Source: an uncultured Acidobacteriota bacterium (GTDB taxonomy: Bacteria; Acidobacteriota; UBA6911; RPQK01; JAPXNP01). From it: a DNA stretch of 64,000 bases. The stretch's first letter is position 1; every line of letters starts with the position of its first letter. Shown piece after piece: positions 31,878-40,539 of this stretch. A program made the position numbers and the translations under genes. The stretch is taken from positions 352,001 through 416,000 of the forward strand of contig CAVZRV010000011.1 of NCBI GenBank assembly GCA_963777605.1, in the 5' to 3' direction. The notes under the pieces are model-generated. The model searched no databases, was not told the origin of the DNA, and was given only the letters and a program-made list of their open reading frames with translations.

Positions 31878-33836
31878 CTACCGTCCCCCTGTTAGGTTAG
31901 ATACGATTCGGCTGTAGAAGTTTTCAAGGTTCTCAATGTTATCGGCGACCGGGCAATTTGGCAAGCTATTCAGAAACAGGTTCCCATATCTCTTGGACCA
32001 GATTCTGCTGTCCATGATCGCAAGAATTCCACGATCCCTGCGGGAGCGTATCAACCGCCCGATTCCCTGCCGCAGGGTGATGATTGCAGTCGGAATTGTG
32101 TAATTCAAAAAGGGGTCTCGGCCCTCCTGGCGAAGTCGGTGCAAGCGCGCTGCCACCAGCGGCTCGGTTGGCACCTGGAACGGGAGCTTGTCGATCACCA
32201 CGGCCCTGAGTGCCTCCCCCTGGACGTCAACCCCCTGCCAGAAGCTGGAGGTAGCACAGAGGACCGCCCGGGGCGTTGCTTTGAACTCTTCAAGGAGAAC
32301 GCTTCTGGGGCGCTGCCCCTGGCACAAAACGGGGTAGTCGCCTCTCACCGCGAACGACTCGTAAACGGCCCGCATCTGGCGGATGCTGGTGAAAAGCAGG
32401 AAAGCATGGCCGTCGGTCAGCCTCAGGATGTTATTCACGTCGCGCAAGAACCGGTCCGGGTATTCCGGCGATCGAGGTTCGGGAAACCGGGAAGGGACGT
32501 AGAGGACGGCCTGCCGCTGGTAGTCGAATTCGCCCGGTACTGCAAGCTCCACCGGGTCCGGCACACCAGTCCGTTCCTTGATGTAGGCGAACCCGCTATC
32601 CGTCGTCAACGTTGCCGACGTCAGAACCGAACTGTCGGTCCGATCGAAGAGGCGGTCACGCAGGAGGCCGGCGATGTTGATCGGAGTGATATGCAGAAAG
32701 ATCGCCCGGGCACCCCGCTCGAACCAGTAAACCGAATTCTCGTCCTCCAGGTTGAAGATCTGCTCCAGGATGTCGAAATAACTATCTACTCTCCTGAGGG
32801 CCGCATCCGATTCGTCTCCCGCGGAGCGGTTTACTTCGAGGTCATGAAAGAGTGCTTCGAGCGCCTCGAGAATGCCCCGGCACTCCTTGGCCAACGTGGC
32901 CCGGAGATCCAACACCTGGCCGGTGTCCGGACACGAGTAGAAGTTCAGCGAATGCCTTCCCTCGACGACCGGGAACCGGGAAAAAAAGCGGTGGCAGGAC
33001 CGTTCCAGCCGATCGACCAGGGCAAGCGAGGCCGGCCTCCCCGACATCGAGGATCGGCGCAGCGTTCGCCCGAGGTCTTCGAACTGGAAACTGCTCAGCC
33101 GTCTTCCGAAGTGAACGGCTGCAACGTCTTCGATCTCGTGGGCCTCGTCCAGAATCGCAACAGAAAAATCAGGCAGAATTTTGCCGATTTCGTCTGACTC
33201 CAGTGCCAGGTTTGCAAAAAAGAGGGCATGATTGACGACGATGATGTCGGATTCGATTGCGCGACGGCGCATTCGAGTGACAAAACAGTCGTCATAATGC
33301 GGACACTTTTGCCCCGCACATGTGTCGCTCCGCGCGTCGATGTCGTTCCACCACTCCATGCTGTCGTCGAGCCAGACCAGCTCCGCCCGGTCCCCGGTCT
33401 CGGTTTCGCCCAACCACTCGGCCAGCATTCTGACCAGCTCATCGGCCCCGGGGAGCATTCGCTGGCGGCTGAACTCCTCGTACCTGCGCAGGCACAGGTA
33501 ATTCTGCCGGCCTTTCATGTAGGTGGCCTTCAAGCCTGGCATCAGGGTTGTCCGGATGAAGGGGATATCCTTGGAGAAGATCTGCTCCTGCAAGTTCTTG
33601 GTTGCGGTCGAGACGATGACCCGCTTCTTTGAGAAGAGCGCAGGAATAAGGTAGGAAAGCGTCTTGCCAGTACCCGTTCCGGCCTCCACGCAGAGGTGTC
33701 CCCGCTCTCGAATCACCTCCAACACCGCGCCGGCCATCTTCAACTGGGAAGGCCGGAACTCGTAGTGCTCCAGGTGAGCATCGAGAAGCCCACCGGGTTC
33801 AAAAATCTGCTCCAGGGACGACGGAATCGAACTCAA
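31878..33836 (-). CDS. DinG/YoaA family Fe-S ATP-dependent DNA helicase
   Basis: EAGTGTGKT Walker A, KGRQNYLC, C-x4-C-x5-C cluster, DEAH, SATL, FWQGVDV and QGIGRLIR. Start approximate (TTG). Confidence 0.92.
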   Translation of the reverse strand: MSSIPSSLEQIFEPGGLLDAHLEHYEFRPSQLKMAGAVLEVIRERGHLCVEAGTGTGKTLSYLIPALFSKKRVIVSTATKNLQEQIFSKDIPFIRTTLMPGLKATYMKGRQNYLCLRRYEEFSRQRMLPGADELVRMLAEWLGETETGDRAELVWLDDSMEWWNDIDARSDTCAGQKCPHYDDCFVTRMRRRAIESDIIVVNHALFFANLALESDEIGKILPDFSVAILDEAHEIEDVAAVHFGRRLSSFQFEDLGRTLRRSSMSGRPASLALVDRLERSCHRFFSRFPVVEGRHSLNFYSCPDTGQVLDLRATLAKECRGILEALEALFHDLEVNRSAGDESDAALRRVDSYFDILEQIFNLEDENSVYWFERGARAIFLHITPINIAGLLRDRLFDRTDSSVLTSATLTTDSGFAYIKERTGVPDPVELAVPGEFDYQRQAVLYVPSRFPEPRSPEYPDRFLRDVNNILRLTDGHAFLLFTSIRQMRAVYESFAVRGDYPVLCQGQRPRSVLLEEFKATPRAVLCATSSFWQGVDVQGEALRAVVIDKLPFQVPTEPLVAARLHRLRQEGRDPFLNYTIPTAIITLRQGIGRLIRSRRDRGILAIMDSRIWSKRYGNLFLNSLPNCPVADNIENLENFYSRIVSNLTGGR

Positions 33837-33918
33837 CTGAACTCTCTCACGGGACACACACCAACCGGGACAGACAACCAACCACCATCAGTCCGAAACC
33901 CGCAAGCCGCCTGTCGTC

Positions 33919-35175
33919 CTAAGCCTCCGCAAGTCGATCTGCGTAGAGGGGAAACCGGGCGCACAGCCGGTGAACTTCGGCGCGTACAGCTTCTTTGACC
34001 GTGCCATTCTCAGGGCTTTCCAGAACGCGTGCGATCCACTGGCCGATCTGCTCCATCTCCGCCTCCTTCATCCCGCGGGTGGTCAGGGCGGGAGTGCCGA
34101 TGCGGATGCCACTAGTCACCAAAGGAGGGTGCTGATCGAAGGGAATCGTGTTCTTGTTGACCGTGATACCGGCTTCTTCGAGGGCCGCTTCAGCGACCTT
34201 GCCGGTTAAACCTCTGGAAAACACGTCAACAAGGAAGAGGTGGTTGTCGGTTCCACCCGAGACGATCCTGAAGCCCTCCGTGGCGATCGTGCCGGCCAGG
34301 ACTTTGGAATTGGCCACAATTTGATGCTGGTAGGCACGGAACTCTTCGGTCGCGGCCTCCTTGAAGCAGACGGCCTTAGCGGCAATCACGTGTACCAGTG
34401 GACCTCCCTGATGTCCCGGAAAAACGTTCCGGTTGACGGCCTTGGCGAGTTCAGCTCTGCAGAGAATGATTCCACTTCGGGGCCCACGCAACGTCTTGTG
34501 AGTCGTGCTGGTCACGATGTCGGCATATGGAACCGGGCTGGGGTGCACTCCTGCGGCGACCAGTCCGGCAATGTGTGCGATATCGACCATCAGATAAGCT
34601 TCCACCGACTTGGCGATGGCCGAAAGCCGCTCGAAGTCGATGATCCGGCTGTAGGCACTGGCTCCCGCGACAATCAGCTTGGGCTGTTCCGTCGTTGCCA
34701 GTGTCTCCAGGGCGTCATAGTCAATTCGCTCAGTTTCCTCGTCTACTCCGTAAGGGACCACGGCAAAAAAGCGTCCTGAGAAATTGAGTGGATGTCCGTG
34801 GGTCAGGTGTCCCCCGTGAGACAGATTCATGCCGAGGATCTTGTCACCCGGTTCGAGGACCGACAGATAGGCCGCGATGTTCGCCTGCGTCCCCGAATGC
34901 GGCTGCACATTGGCATGTTCCGCTCCAAAGAGGGCCTTGGCCCGATCGATCGCAAGCGACTCGACCACGTCAACGAACTCGCACCCACCGTAGTAGCGCC
35001 TCCCGGGATACCCCTCCGCGTACTTGTTGGTGAAAACCGAACCAACCGCCTCCAGAATGGCTTCACTCACGAAGTTCTCGGACGCGATCAATTCCAGCGT
35101 CTCAGCCTGTCGGCGGGTCTCATTGCGAATTGCGGCAGCGACCTCCGGGTCGACTCTCTGGAGCGATTTCTTCAT
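33919..35175 (-). CDS. glyA: Serine hydroxymethyltransferase
   Basis: [32 protein letters not shown] (PLP lysine) and SGIRIGTPA. Confidence 0.97.
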   Translation of the reverse strand: MKKSLQRVDPEVAAAIRNETRRQAETLELIASENFVSEAILEAVGSVFTNKYAEGYPGRRYYGGCEFVDVVESLAIDRAKALFGAEHANVQPHSGTQANIAAYLSVLEPGDKILGMNLSHGGHLTHGHPLNFSGRFFAVVPYGVDEETERIDYDALETLATTEQPKLIVAGASAYSRIIDFERLSAIAKSVEAYLMVDIAHIAGLVAAGVHPSPVPYADIVTSTTHKTLRGPRSGIILCRAELAKAVNRNVFPGHQGGPLVHVIAAKAVCFKEAATEEFRAYQHQIVANSKVLAGTIATEGFRIVSGGTDNHLFLVDVFSRGLTGKVAEAALEEAGITVNKNTIPFDQHPPLVTSGIRIGTPALTTRGMKEAEMEQIGQWIARVLESPENGTVKEAVRAEVHRLCARFPLYADRLAEA

Positions 35176-35261
35176 ATCGTTAAAGGTCCCTTCCTGGCTT
35201 GCTGGGTAATGAAGCCCATATTTTAGCCTAAAGGGCTGCGGCAGGAGGGCCCGCGGTCCGC

Positions 35262-35290
35262 TTGACTTGAATTTTCCGAACGATTACAAA
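35262..35290 (+). promoter_or_regulatory. Possible sigma70 promoter for proS
   Basis: TTGACT-N17-TACAAA. Its position would favour ATG 35301 (MRWS) as the real start. Confidence 0.35.
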
Positions 35291-35291
35291 G

Positions 35292-37007
35292 ATGAGTCTT
35301 ATGCGCTGGTCTAACTTCTTTGTTCCGACCCTTCGAGACGTGCCCGCCGACGCGGAAGTCGCATCCCACCGCCTTCTGCTGCGAGCCGGTTATATTCGAC
35401 AACTTGGTGCAGGAATTTATTCTCTGCTTCCGCTCGCCCGACGTTCCCTGCTCAGAATCGAACAGATCATCCGCGAGGAAATGGAGCGCATCGGGGCCCA
35501 GGAATTCTACCTTCCAGCTTTGAATCCGGACGACGTCTGGAAGGAATCGGGCCGGTGGGAAGGCATGGGCGACAACATGTTCCGAATTCGTGACCGCAAC
35601 GGTCGGGACCTCTGTCTCGGGATGACTCACGAGGAGGTATTCACTGCGATCGCGCGGGACGAACTCCGCTCCTATCGGGACCTTCCCCAGATCTGGTACC
35701 AGATCCAGGTAAAATTCCGGGACGAACCGCGGCCCAAGTCTGGCCTGCTGCGCGTGCGCCAATTCACGATGAAGGATTCCTACAGTTTTGATATCGATCG
35801 GGCCGGGCTCGACAAGAGCTACGACCTCCACGCCGGCGCCTACCGGCGCATCTTCGATCGCTGCGGCCTGAAATACCTTTCAGTGCGGGCCAGTTCGGGT
35901 GCCATGGGTGGAAGTGAATCCGAAGAGTTTGTGGTTTACAGCGACGCGGGCGAGGACTGGGTGGTCAGCTGCCCCGAGTGCGAATATGCCGCCAACCTGG
36001 AGCGCGCTGTCGCCGCTCCTGACGAGACCGATGACGCAGCGGAGGCACTCGAACCGGAAGAGGTACACACGCCAGGTCAAAAGAGCATTGAGGAAGTCAG
36101 CCGGTTCCTCAGTCTGCCTCAGCGCAATCACATCAAGTCACTGGTCTACATGGTGGAGAGCCGTCCTCACCTCATCCTGATGCGGGGAGACCATCATCTG
36201 AACGAGGTAAAACTCGCGGGCGCGATCGGAACCGAGACTTTTCGGCAGGCCACGAGCGAGGAAATCCGGGAGGCGCTCGGGGCCGATCCGGGAAGCCTCG
36301 GGCCGGTGGGCGTGCGTGACATGACGGTCATTGCCGACTCAGCCCTGGAAGGGCGGCGAAACATGGTCTGCGGCGCCAATCGCGATGATTATCACCTGAT
36401 CAACGTGACTCCGGGGAAGGACTTCACCGCAGAATTCTGCGATTTGCGCGAAGTCCAGAAGGGAGACTCCTGCCCTGAGTGCGGCACGCCGCTGCAGGTT
36501 GCCAAAGCCATTGAAATTGGCCACATCTTCAAACTCGGGCTTCGTTACAGCAAGGCGATGGGAGCCACCGTCCTGAACAACGAGGGTCAGGAGGTTCCGA
36601 TTGTCATGGGTAGTTACGGGATCGGCGTGGAGCGAATCCTGGCGTCGGCCGTCGAACTCTACAATGACGAACTCGGAATGATCCTGCCCCGGACGATCGC
36701 TCCGTTCGAGGTGGTCATCACAACGTTACGTCCCGATGACCCCGATCAGATCAAAGCCGTTGACGACTTCGCCCGGGAATTTCAGAAGCGCGGCATCGAC
36801 TTCCTGATTGACGATCGTGACGAACGCCCCGGGGTGAAATTCAAGGACGCCGAACTGATCGGCATCCCGATTCGCATTACCGTAGGGAAGAAGCTGCAAC
36901 AGGGCGAAGTGGAAATCTTCTCCCGGAGTGACCGGCAGTCGCTGACGGTTCCGGTGACTGAGGCAGCCGAGCGGGTCGCCGCCCTGTTGGAGAACTACAC
37001 AGTCTGA
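35292..37007 (+). CDS. proS: Proline--tRNA ligase (bacterial type with INS editing domain)
   Basis: SHRLLLRAGYI, THEE, KFRDEPRP, FTMKDSYSF, GAMGG, EIGHIFKLG and MGSYGIG. Confidence 0.97.
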   Translation: MSLMRWSNFFVPTLRDVPADAEVASHRLLLRAGYIRQLGAGIYSLLPLARRSLLRIEQIIREEMERIGAQEFYLPALNPDDVWKESGRWEGMGDNMFRIRDRNGRDLCLGMTHEEVFTAIARDELRSYRDLPQIWYQIQVKFRDEPRPKSGLLRVRQFTMKDSYSFDIDRAGLDKSYDLHAGAYRRIFDRCGLKYLSVRASSGAMGGSESEEFVVYSDAGEDWVVSCPECEYAANLERAVAAPDETDDAAEALEPEEVHTPGQKSIEEVSRFLSLPQRNHIKSLVYMVESRPHLILMRGDHHLNEVKLAGAIGTETFRQATSEEIREALGADPGSLGPVGVRDMTVIADSALEGRRNMVCGANRDDYHLINVTPGKDFTAEFCDLREVQKGDSCPECGTPLQVAKAIEIGHIFKLGLRYSKAMGATVLNNEGQEVPIVMGSYGIGVERILASAVELYNDELGMILPRTIAPFEVVITTLRPDDPDQIKAVDDFAREFQKRGIDFLIDDRDERPGVKFKDAELIGIPIRITVGKKLQQGEVEIFSRSDRQSLTVPVTEAAERVAALLENYTV

Positions 37008-37016
37008 GGCGATGGG

Positions 37017-37043
37017 GACTGACTCGTCCGACACGTCAGACTC
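37017..37043. repeat. Short 9-bp tandem repeat (GTCnGACnn-like) at a convergent gene junction
   Basis: GACTGACTC GTCCGACAC GTCAGACTC. Confidence 0.45.
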
Positions 37044-37046
37044 AGT

Positions 37047-37538
37047 TCATCCAACTTCCGTGAACTCGACCTGTCGCGTGGCGGTGTCATACCAGGCAAA
37101 CGTGCTGGGGCCCTTCATGCCCATCAATTCGCCCGGGTTCAACAGGCGGCAGTCACCGACCAGGCTGGAGTGGGCCGTGTGGTCGTGTCCATAACAGACC
37201 AGGTCGAAGCTCCCGCTCTGGGCCAGGGGACGGGCAATCTCCGGGTAGTGATTCACTCCAATCCGCACGTGATCCAGTTCGAGGTGGGCGAACTGTCCGT
37301 GAAGGTGGATGCAGGGGAAGCCCGCGGCGACCTGGGAAATCATCCGCGGATCGCCTTCGTTGTTACCCCAAACAATGTGAACCGGCCGGTCTCCGGCACC
37401 ATTAGCCAGATGCGTGATCATGAACGGACTGCAGAGATCGCCGCAGTGGATGATCGCCTTCGCATCGTCCATCAGCCCGAATGCGCGATCCAGCTTCCAG
37501 ATATTGTCGTGGGTATCGGACACGACTGCAATCTTCAT
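37047..37538 (-). CDS. YfcE/MJ0936-family metallophosphoesterase
   Basis: SDTHDN, HCGD, GNNE, GHDH and NPGE. Confidence 0.9.
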   Translation of the reverse strand: MKIAVVSDTHDNIWKLDRAFGLMDDAKAIIHCGDLCSPFMITHLANGAGDRPVHIVWGNNEGDPRMISQVAAGFPCIHLHGQFAHLELDHVRIGVNHYPEIARPLAQSGSFDLVCYGHDHTAHSSLVGDCRLLNPGELMGMKGPSTFAWYDTATRQVEFTEVG

Positions 37539-37582
37539 CGTCGGGACTTCCTTTCAGTCAGCCGGCCAGACCTTGCCCCGAT

Positions 37583-38530
37583 CTAGTTAATAAAGGCCTG
37601 GTAGGCCTCGTCGAGGTCTTTTTTGGGGATAGTTCCCGAGTAGAGCAGGATCCGGTATTTGAAGTGGAAGCTCTCGCCGGCTCGAATCGACAGGTTCATC
37701 GGTTCGGACCCCTTAACAAAGTCTTTCTTGCCGAACGGATTCACGGCGAACAGGCCATAGGCGCGGGCGTGCCAATAAGACGGGTAGTTCACCGTGGACG
37801 GGTGATCGAAAATCGCCACCGTGACAGGCTCCCCTTCGAGTATGCCCCGGAGAGCGACCCAGGGAGCGCGCTTGCCCCAGACACCCTGTTCCGTCTCCCA
37901 GCCAAAGGCATTCTCATAGCGGCCCGTACCTTTGTCTTCCCGGAGCTCGTCCGCGAGCCGGAAAGCGAAGATACCTTCCTTCGTGTCGGCGAACTCGAGT
38001 CTCTTGTTGAGCGCTTCGAGCCGGATGTCGTGGTCCATCCAGCGCAGGTTTCCTTCCCCTCCGAAGGTAACCCGGCGGTACTCTCGGACCAGGGCTTCAC
38101 CTTCGGGCGTCAACCAGTCGAGGACGATCGCCAGGCTGCCCTCGGGTCCCCCCTGCGTGTTCACGATGGCCCGGTGAACAATTCTCTCGCCGTGGCCGGT
38201 ACTCCAGAAATCGTAGCCGTTGACGTCCCCGTAACCGAAGTAGACCGACTGGTGGTGGGGGTGATCATCGATCTTGAAGCCTTTATTAATGAAAGGGAGA
38301 TCGCGGTTGACCATCTTACCTGAAGGAGTCAGCACCGGATAAAAGACGGGTTTCTGTTTGTAATCCGGTCCAAACTGGTAGGAAGTGAAGAGCTTTCCAT
38401 CGATCCGGATATCGACCCGGTGGTCGGCATCCATCACCTTTACCTCGACCTGACCCGTCTGCATCGCAAAAAGAACCGTCGCCAAACCTGCAATCAGGCT
38501 CAACCCAACAGGAAGTAAAACCCGCTTCAT
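37583..38530 (-). CDS. Secreted 'PmoA family' (DUF6807-like) beta-sandwich protein of unknown function
   Basis: Signal peptide. KPVFYPV, DHPHH, DTKEG and WHARAYGLFAVNPFG. Soluble, so not a methane monooxygenase subunit. Confidence 0.7.
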   Translation of the reverse strand: MKRVLLPVGLSLIAGLATVLFAMQTGQVEVKVMDADHRVDIRIDGKLFTSYQFGPDYKQKPVFYPVLTPSGKMVNRDLPFINKGFKIDDHPHHQSVYFGYGDVNGYDFWSTGHGERIVHRAIVNTQGGPEGSLAIVLDWLTPEGEALVREYRRVTFGGEGNLRWMDHDIRLEALNKRLEFADTKEGIFAFRLADELREDKGTGRYENAFGWETEQGVWGKRAPWVALRGILEGEPVTVAIFDHPSTVNYPSYWHARAYGLFAVNPFGKKDFVKGSEPMNLSIRAGESFHFKYRILLYSGTIPKKDLDEAYQAFIN

Positions 38531-38641
38531 TTCGTATCCACCTTTCTGTGATTCAACCCCATGCCGACTAAAGATATTGGATTTGGAGACAATCTTCCAG
38601 AACGGTCGGACCCGGCCCCTTAGCCGACATTCAGATTTCCC

Positions 38642-38710
38642 TTGACAGATCCACCTCCAATATGGAGTAATTTGGACCAGATTGGATCAAATAGGTTCAA
38701 GTTGGGGGAA
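38642..38710 (+). promoter_or_regulatory. dcw promoter with five MraZ-box-like repeats
   Basis: TTGACA at 38642-38647. Five 10-nt phased units TATGGAGTAA TTTGGACCAG ATTGGATCAA ATAGGTTCAA GTTGGGGGAA at 38661-38710. Confidence 0.7.
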
Positions 38711-38739
38711 CATTCTCAAAAAGACAGGGTGACACGGTC

Positions 38740-39183
38740 ATGGTAATGCGGGGGAACTCCCCAGCAAGGATAGACGGGCAGGGGAGAATCAAGATTCCTA
38801 CCCTCCACCGCAAACTGCTCGAAGAGCAGTGGGGTCCTGAAGTCTTCGTCACCAGTGTCACCGGGGAAAACGTCCTCATCTATCCGATTGAAGAGTGGGA
38901 AAAAATCGAGACCAAGTTGATGGAGCCGCCCAAGATGCGTCCGGAGAAGCTCAAGTTTTTGCGGAATACCAGCTACTACGGATATGTGACGACGATGGAC
39001 AAGCAGGGTCGAATCATGATTCCCCAACACCTGAGGGAACGGGCGTCGATTGACGGAGAGGTCGCCGTCATGGGGGCGTTGCACTATCTCGAGGTATGGA
39101 ACCATCAGAAATTCCTTGAGCAACTCGACAAAGATCCGTACACCAACCAGGACGCGATCGCCCTCTCGGACCTCGGTATCTAA
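38740..39183 (+). CDS. mraZ: Division/cell wall cluster transcriptional repressor MraZ
   Basis: Two D-x-x-GR-I-x-IP motifs (IDGQGRIKIP, MDKQGRIMIP). First gene of the dcw cluster. Confidence 0.93.
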   Translation: MVMRGNSPARIDGQGRIKIPTLHRKLLEEQWGPEVFVTSVTGENVLIYPIEEWEKIETKLMEPPKMRPEKLKFLRNTSYYGYVTTMDKQGRIMIPQHLRERASIDGEVAVMGALHYLEVWNHQKFLEQLDKDPYTNQDAIALSDLGI

Positions 39184-39186
39184 ACA

Positions 39187-40140
39187 ATGATCGCAGTGAT
39201 GGCAAAACACAAGGCCGTATTGCTTGAACAGTCGCTGGAGTTCCTCAAAGTGGAGCCCGGGGGAATCTACGTCGACTGCACGGCCGGACTGGGCGGTCAC
39301 TCCCGGGAGATCGCCGAAAAGCTGGCGGGACGGGGAAAGCTTCTCGCGATCGACCGCGACCGGGAATCGCTCGGAATGGCCAGTGAAGCCCTTCAGGAAT
39401 TCTCCGGATTGGTTTCATTCTACCGCGAGAATTTTAAGAATCTGCCCCTGATCCTTCGCAACCTGGGCATCGATCTGATCGACGGCTGCCTGGTCGATCT
39501 CGGTGTTTCCCGCTACCAGCTGACCGAGGCCGAGCGGGGCTTCAGCATTCGCGAGGACGGTCCCCTCGACATGCGGATGGACCGGGAGCAGCGAACCAGC
39601 GCCGCTCAACTGGTCGGCCAAATGAGTGTGGAGGACCTGGTCCGTATCTTCCGTGAATACGGCGAAGAGCCGGAAGCACCACGGGTCGCTCGAGCAATCG
39701 TGGAAGCGCGCCGAACGGCGCCGATCCGAACGACATTCCAGCTTGCCGAGATCGTGGCCCGCTCCAAAAGGCAGCGATCCCGACTTCACCCTGCAACGCT
39801 GGTCTTTCAGGCCTTGCGGATTGCCGTCAACCAGGAACTCGAGGACCTGGACAAGTTCCTGGAGAACGTCATTCAGTCGCTACGTATCGGCGGTCGCCTG
39901 GTCGCGATCAGCTTTCACAGCCTCGAAGACCGGATCGTGAAGAAAACGTTTCAACTCCAGGCTGGCCGGTGCACCTGCTTTCAACCGGGTGAGATGTGCC
40001 GCTGCCCGAGAATCAAGCATGTCGAGATTCTCACCCGAAGACCGGTTACCGCTTCGGACACCGAGGTCCAGGAAAATGTCAGCGCCCGGAGTGCCAAGCT
40101 TCGAGCCGTGGAACGAGTGGAGTCCACTTCTACAAGGTAG
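39187..40140 (+). CDS. rsmH: 16S rRNA m4C1402 methyltransferase
   Basis: DCTAGLGGHS, DLGVS, PLDMRMD, FQALRIAVN, FHSLEDR and RSAKLR. Start may be 39199. Confidence 0.96.
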   Translation: MIAVMAKHKAVLLEQSLEFLKVEPGGIYVDCTAGLGGHSREIAEKLAGRGKLLAIDRDRESLGMASEALQEFSGLVSFYRENFKNLPLILRNLGIDLIDGCLVDLGVSRYQLTEAERGFSIREDGPLDMRMDREQRTSAAQLVGQMSVEDLVRIFREYGEEPEAPRVARAIVEARRTAPIRTTFQLAEIVARSKRQRSRLHPATLVFQALRIAVNQELEDLDKFLENVIQSLRIGGRLVAISFHSLEDRIVKKTFQLQAGRCTCFQPGEMCRCPRIKHVEILTRRPVTASDTEVQENVSARSAKLRAVERVESTSTR

Positions 40141-40146
40141 GGAATC

Positions 40147-40539
40147 ATGGTCGATTTGAGCAACCAGATCATCATCAATCGTGCCTATAACGGCAATGAA
40201 GGGGCCACCGTCTTCGCGATCGCGAAGTGGGTAACGGTAATCGGCTGCGTGGTTGCACTGATCCTGACATCGGCCGCAATCCGAAACCAGATTCTCAGCG
40301 TTCAGTACGAGGTACAGCAACTGGCGCTGGAGAACAAACAACTGGTCGAGCAGAACGACCTGTTTCGAGTTGAACTCCAGTCCCTGACTTCACCGACCCG
40401 AGTCGAAGCGACCGCTCGGGACCTGGGCCTGATCAAGGCAAATGACGATCGTGTTCTGATCCTGGAAGGTGAGGGCTTCGCCGCGTCTCAAACGGCCATC
40501 GCCCGGGCGGGCGAGAATCCCAAGACTTTGCATGAATGA
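40147..40539 (+). CDS. ftsL: Cell division protein FtsL
   Basis: Single TM plus coiled coil, SLTSPTRVEATARDLGL. Lies between rsmH and ftsI. Confidence 0.8.
   Translation: MVDLSNQIIINRAYNGNEGATVFAIAKWVTVIGCVVALILTSAAIRNQILSVQYEVQQLALENKQLVEQNDLFRVELQSLTSPTRVEATARDLGLIKANDDRVLILEGEGFAASQTAIARAGENPKTLHE

Noticed and set aside
31878-33836. DinG helicase as a type IV CRISPR (CasDinG) or defence component
   Set aside because: No cas genes or repeat-spacer array. It has Fe-S cysteines and a housekeeping context next to glyA, so it is an ordinary YoaA/DinG.
37583-38530. 'PmoA family' label suggesting methane oxidation
   Set aside because: Soluble secreted protein with no multi-TM topology and no pmoB/pmoC neighbours. 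The family name is misleading.
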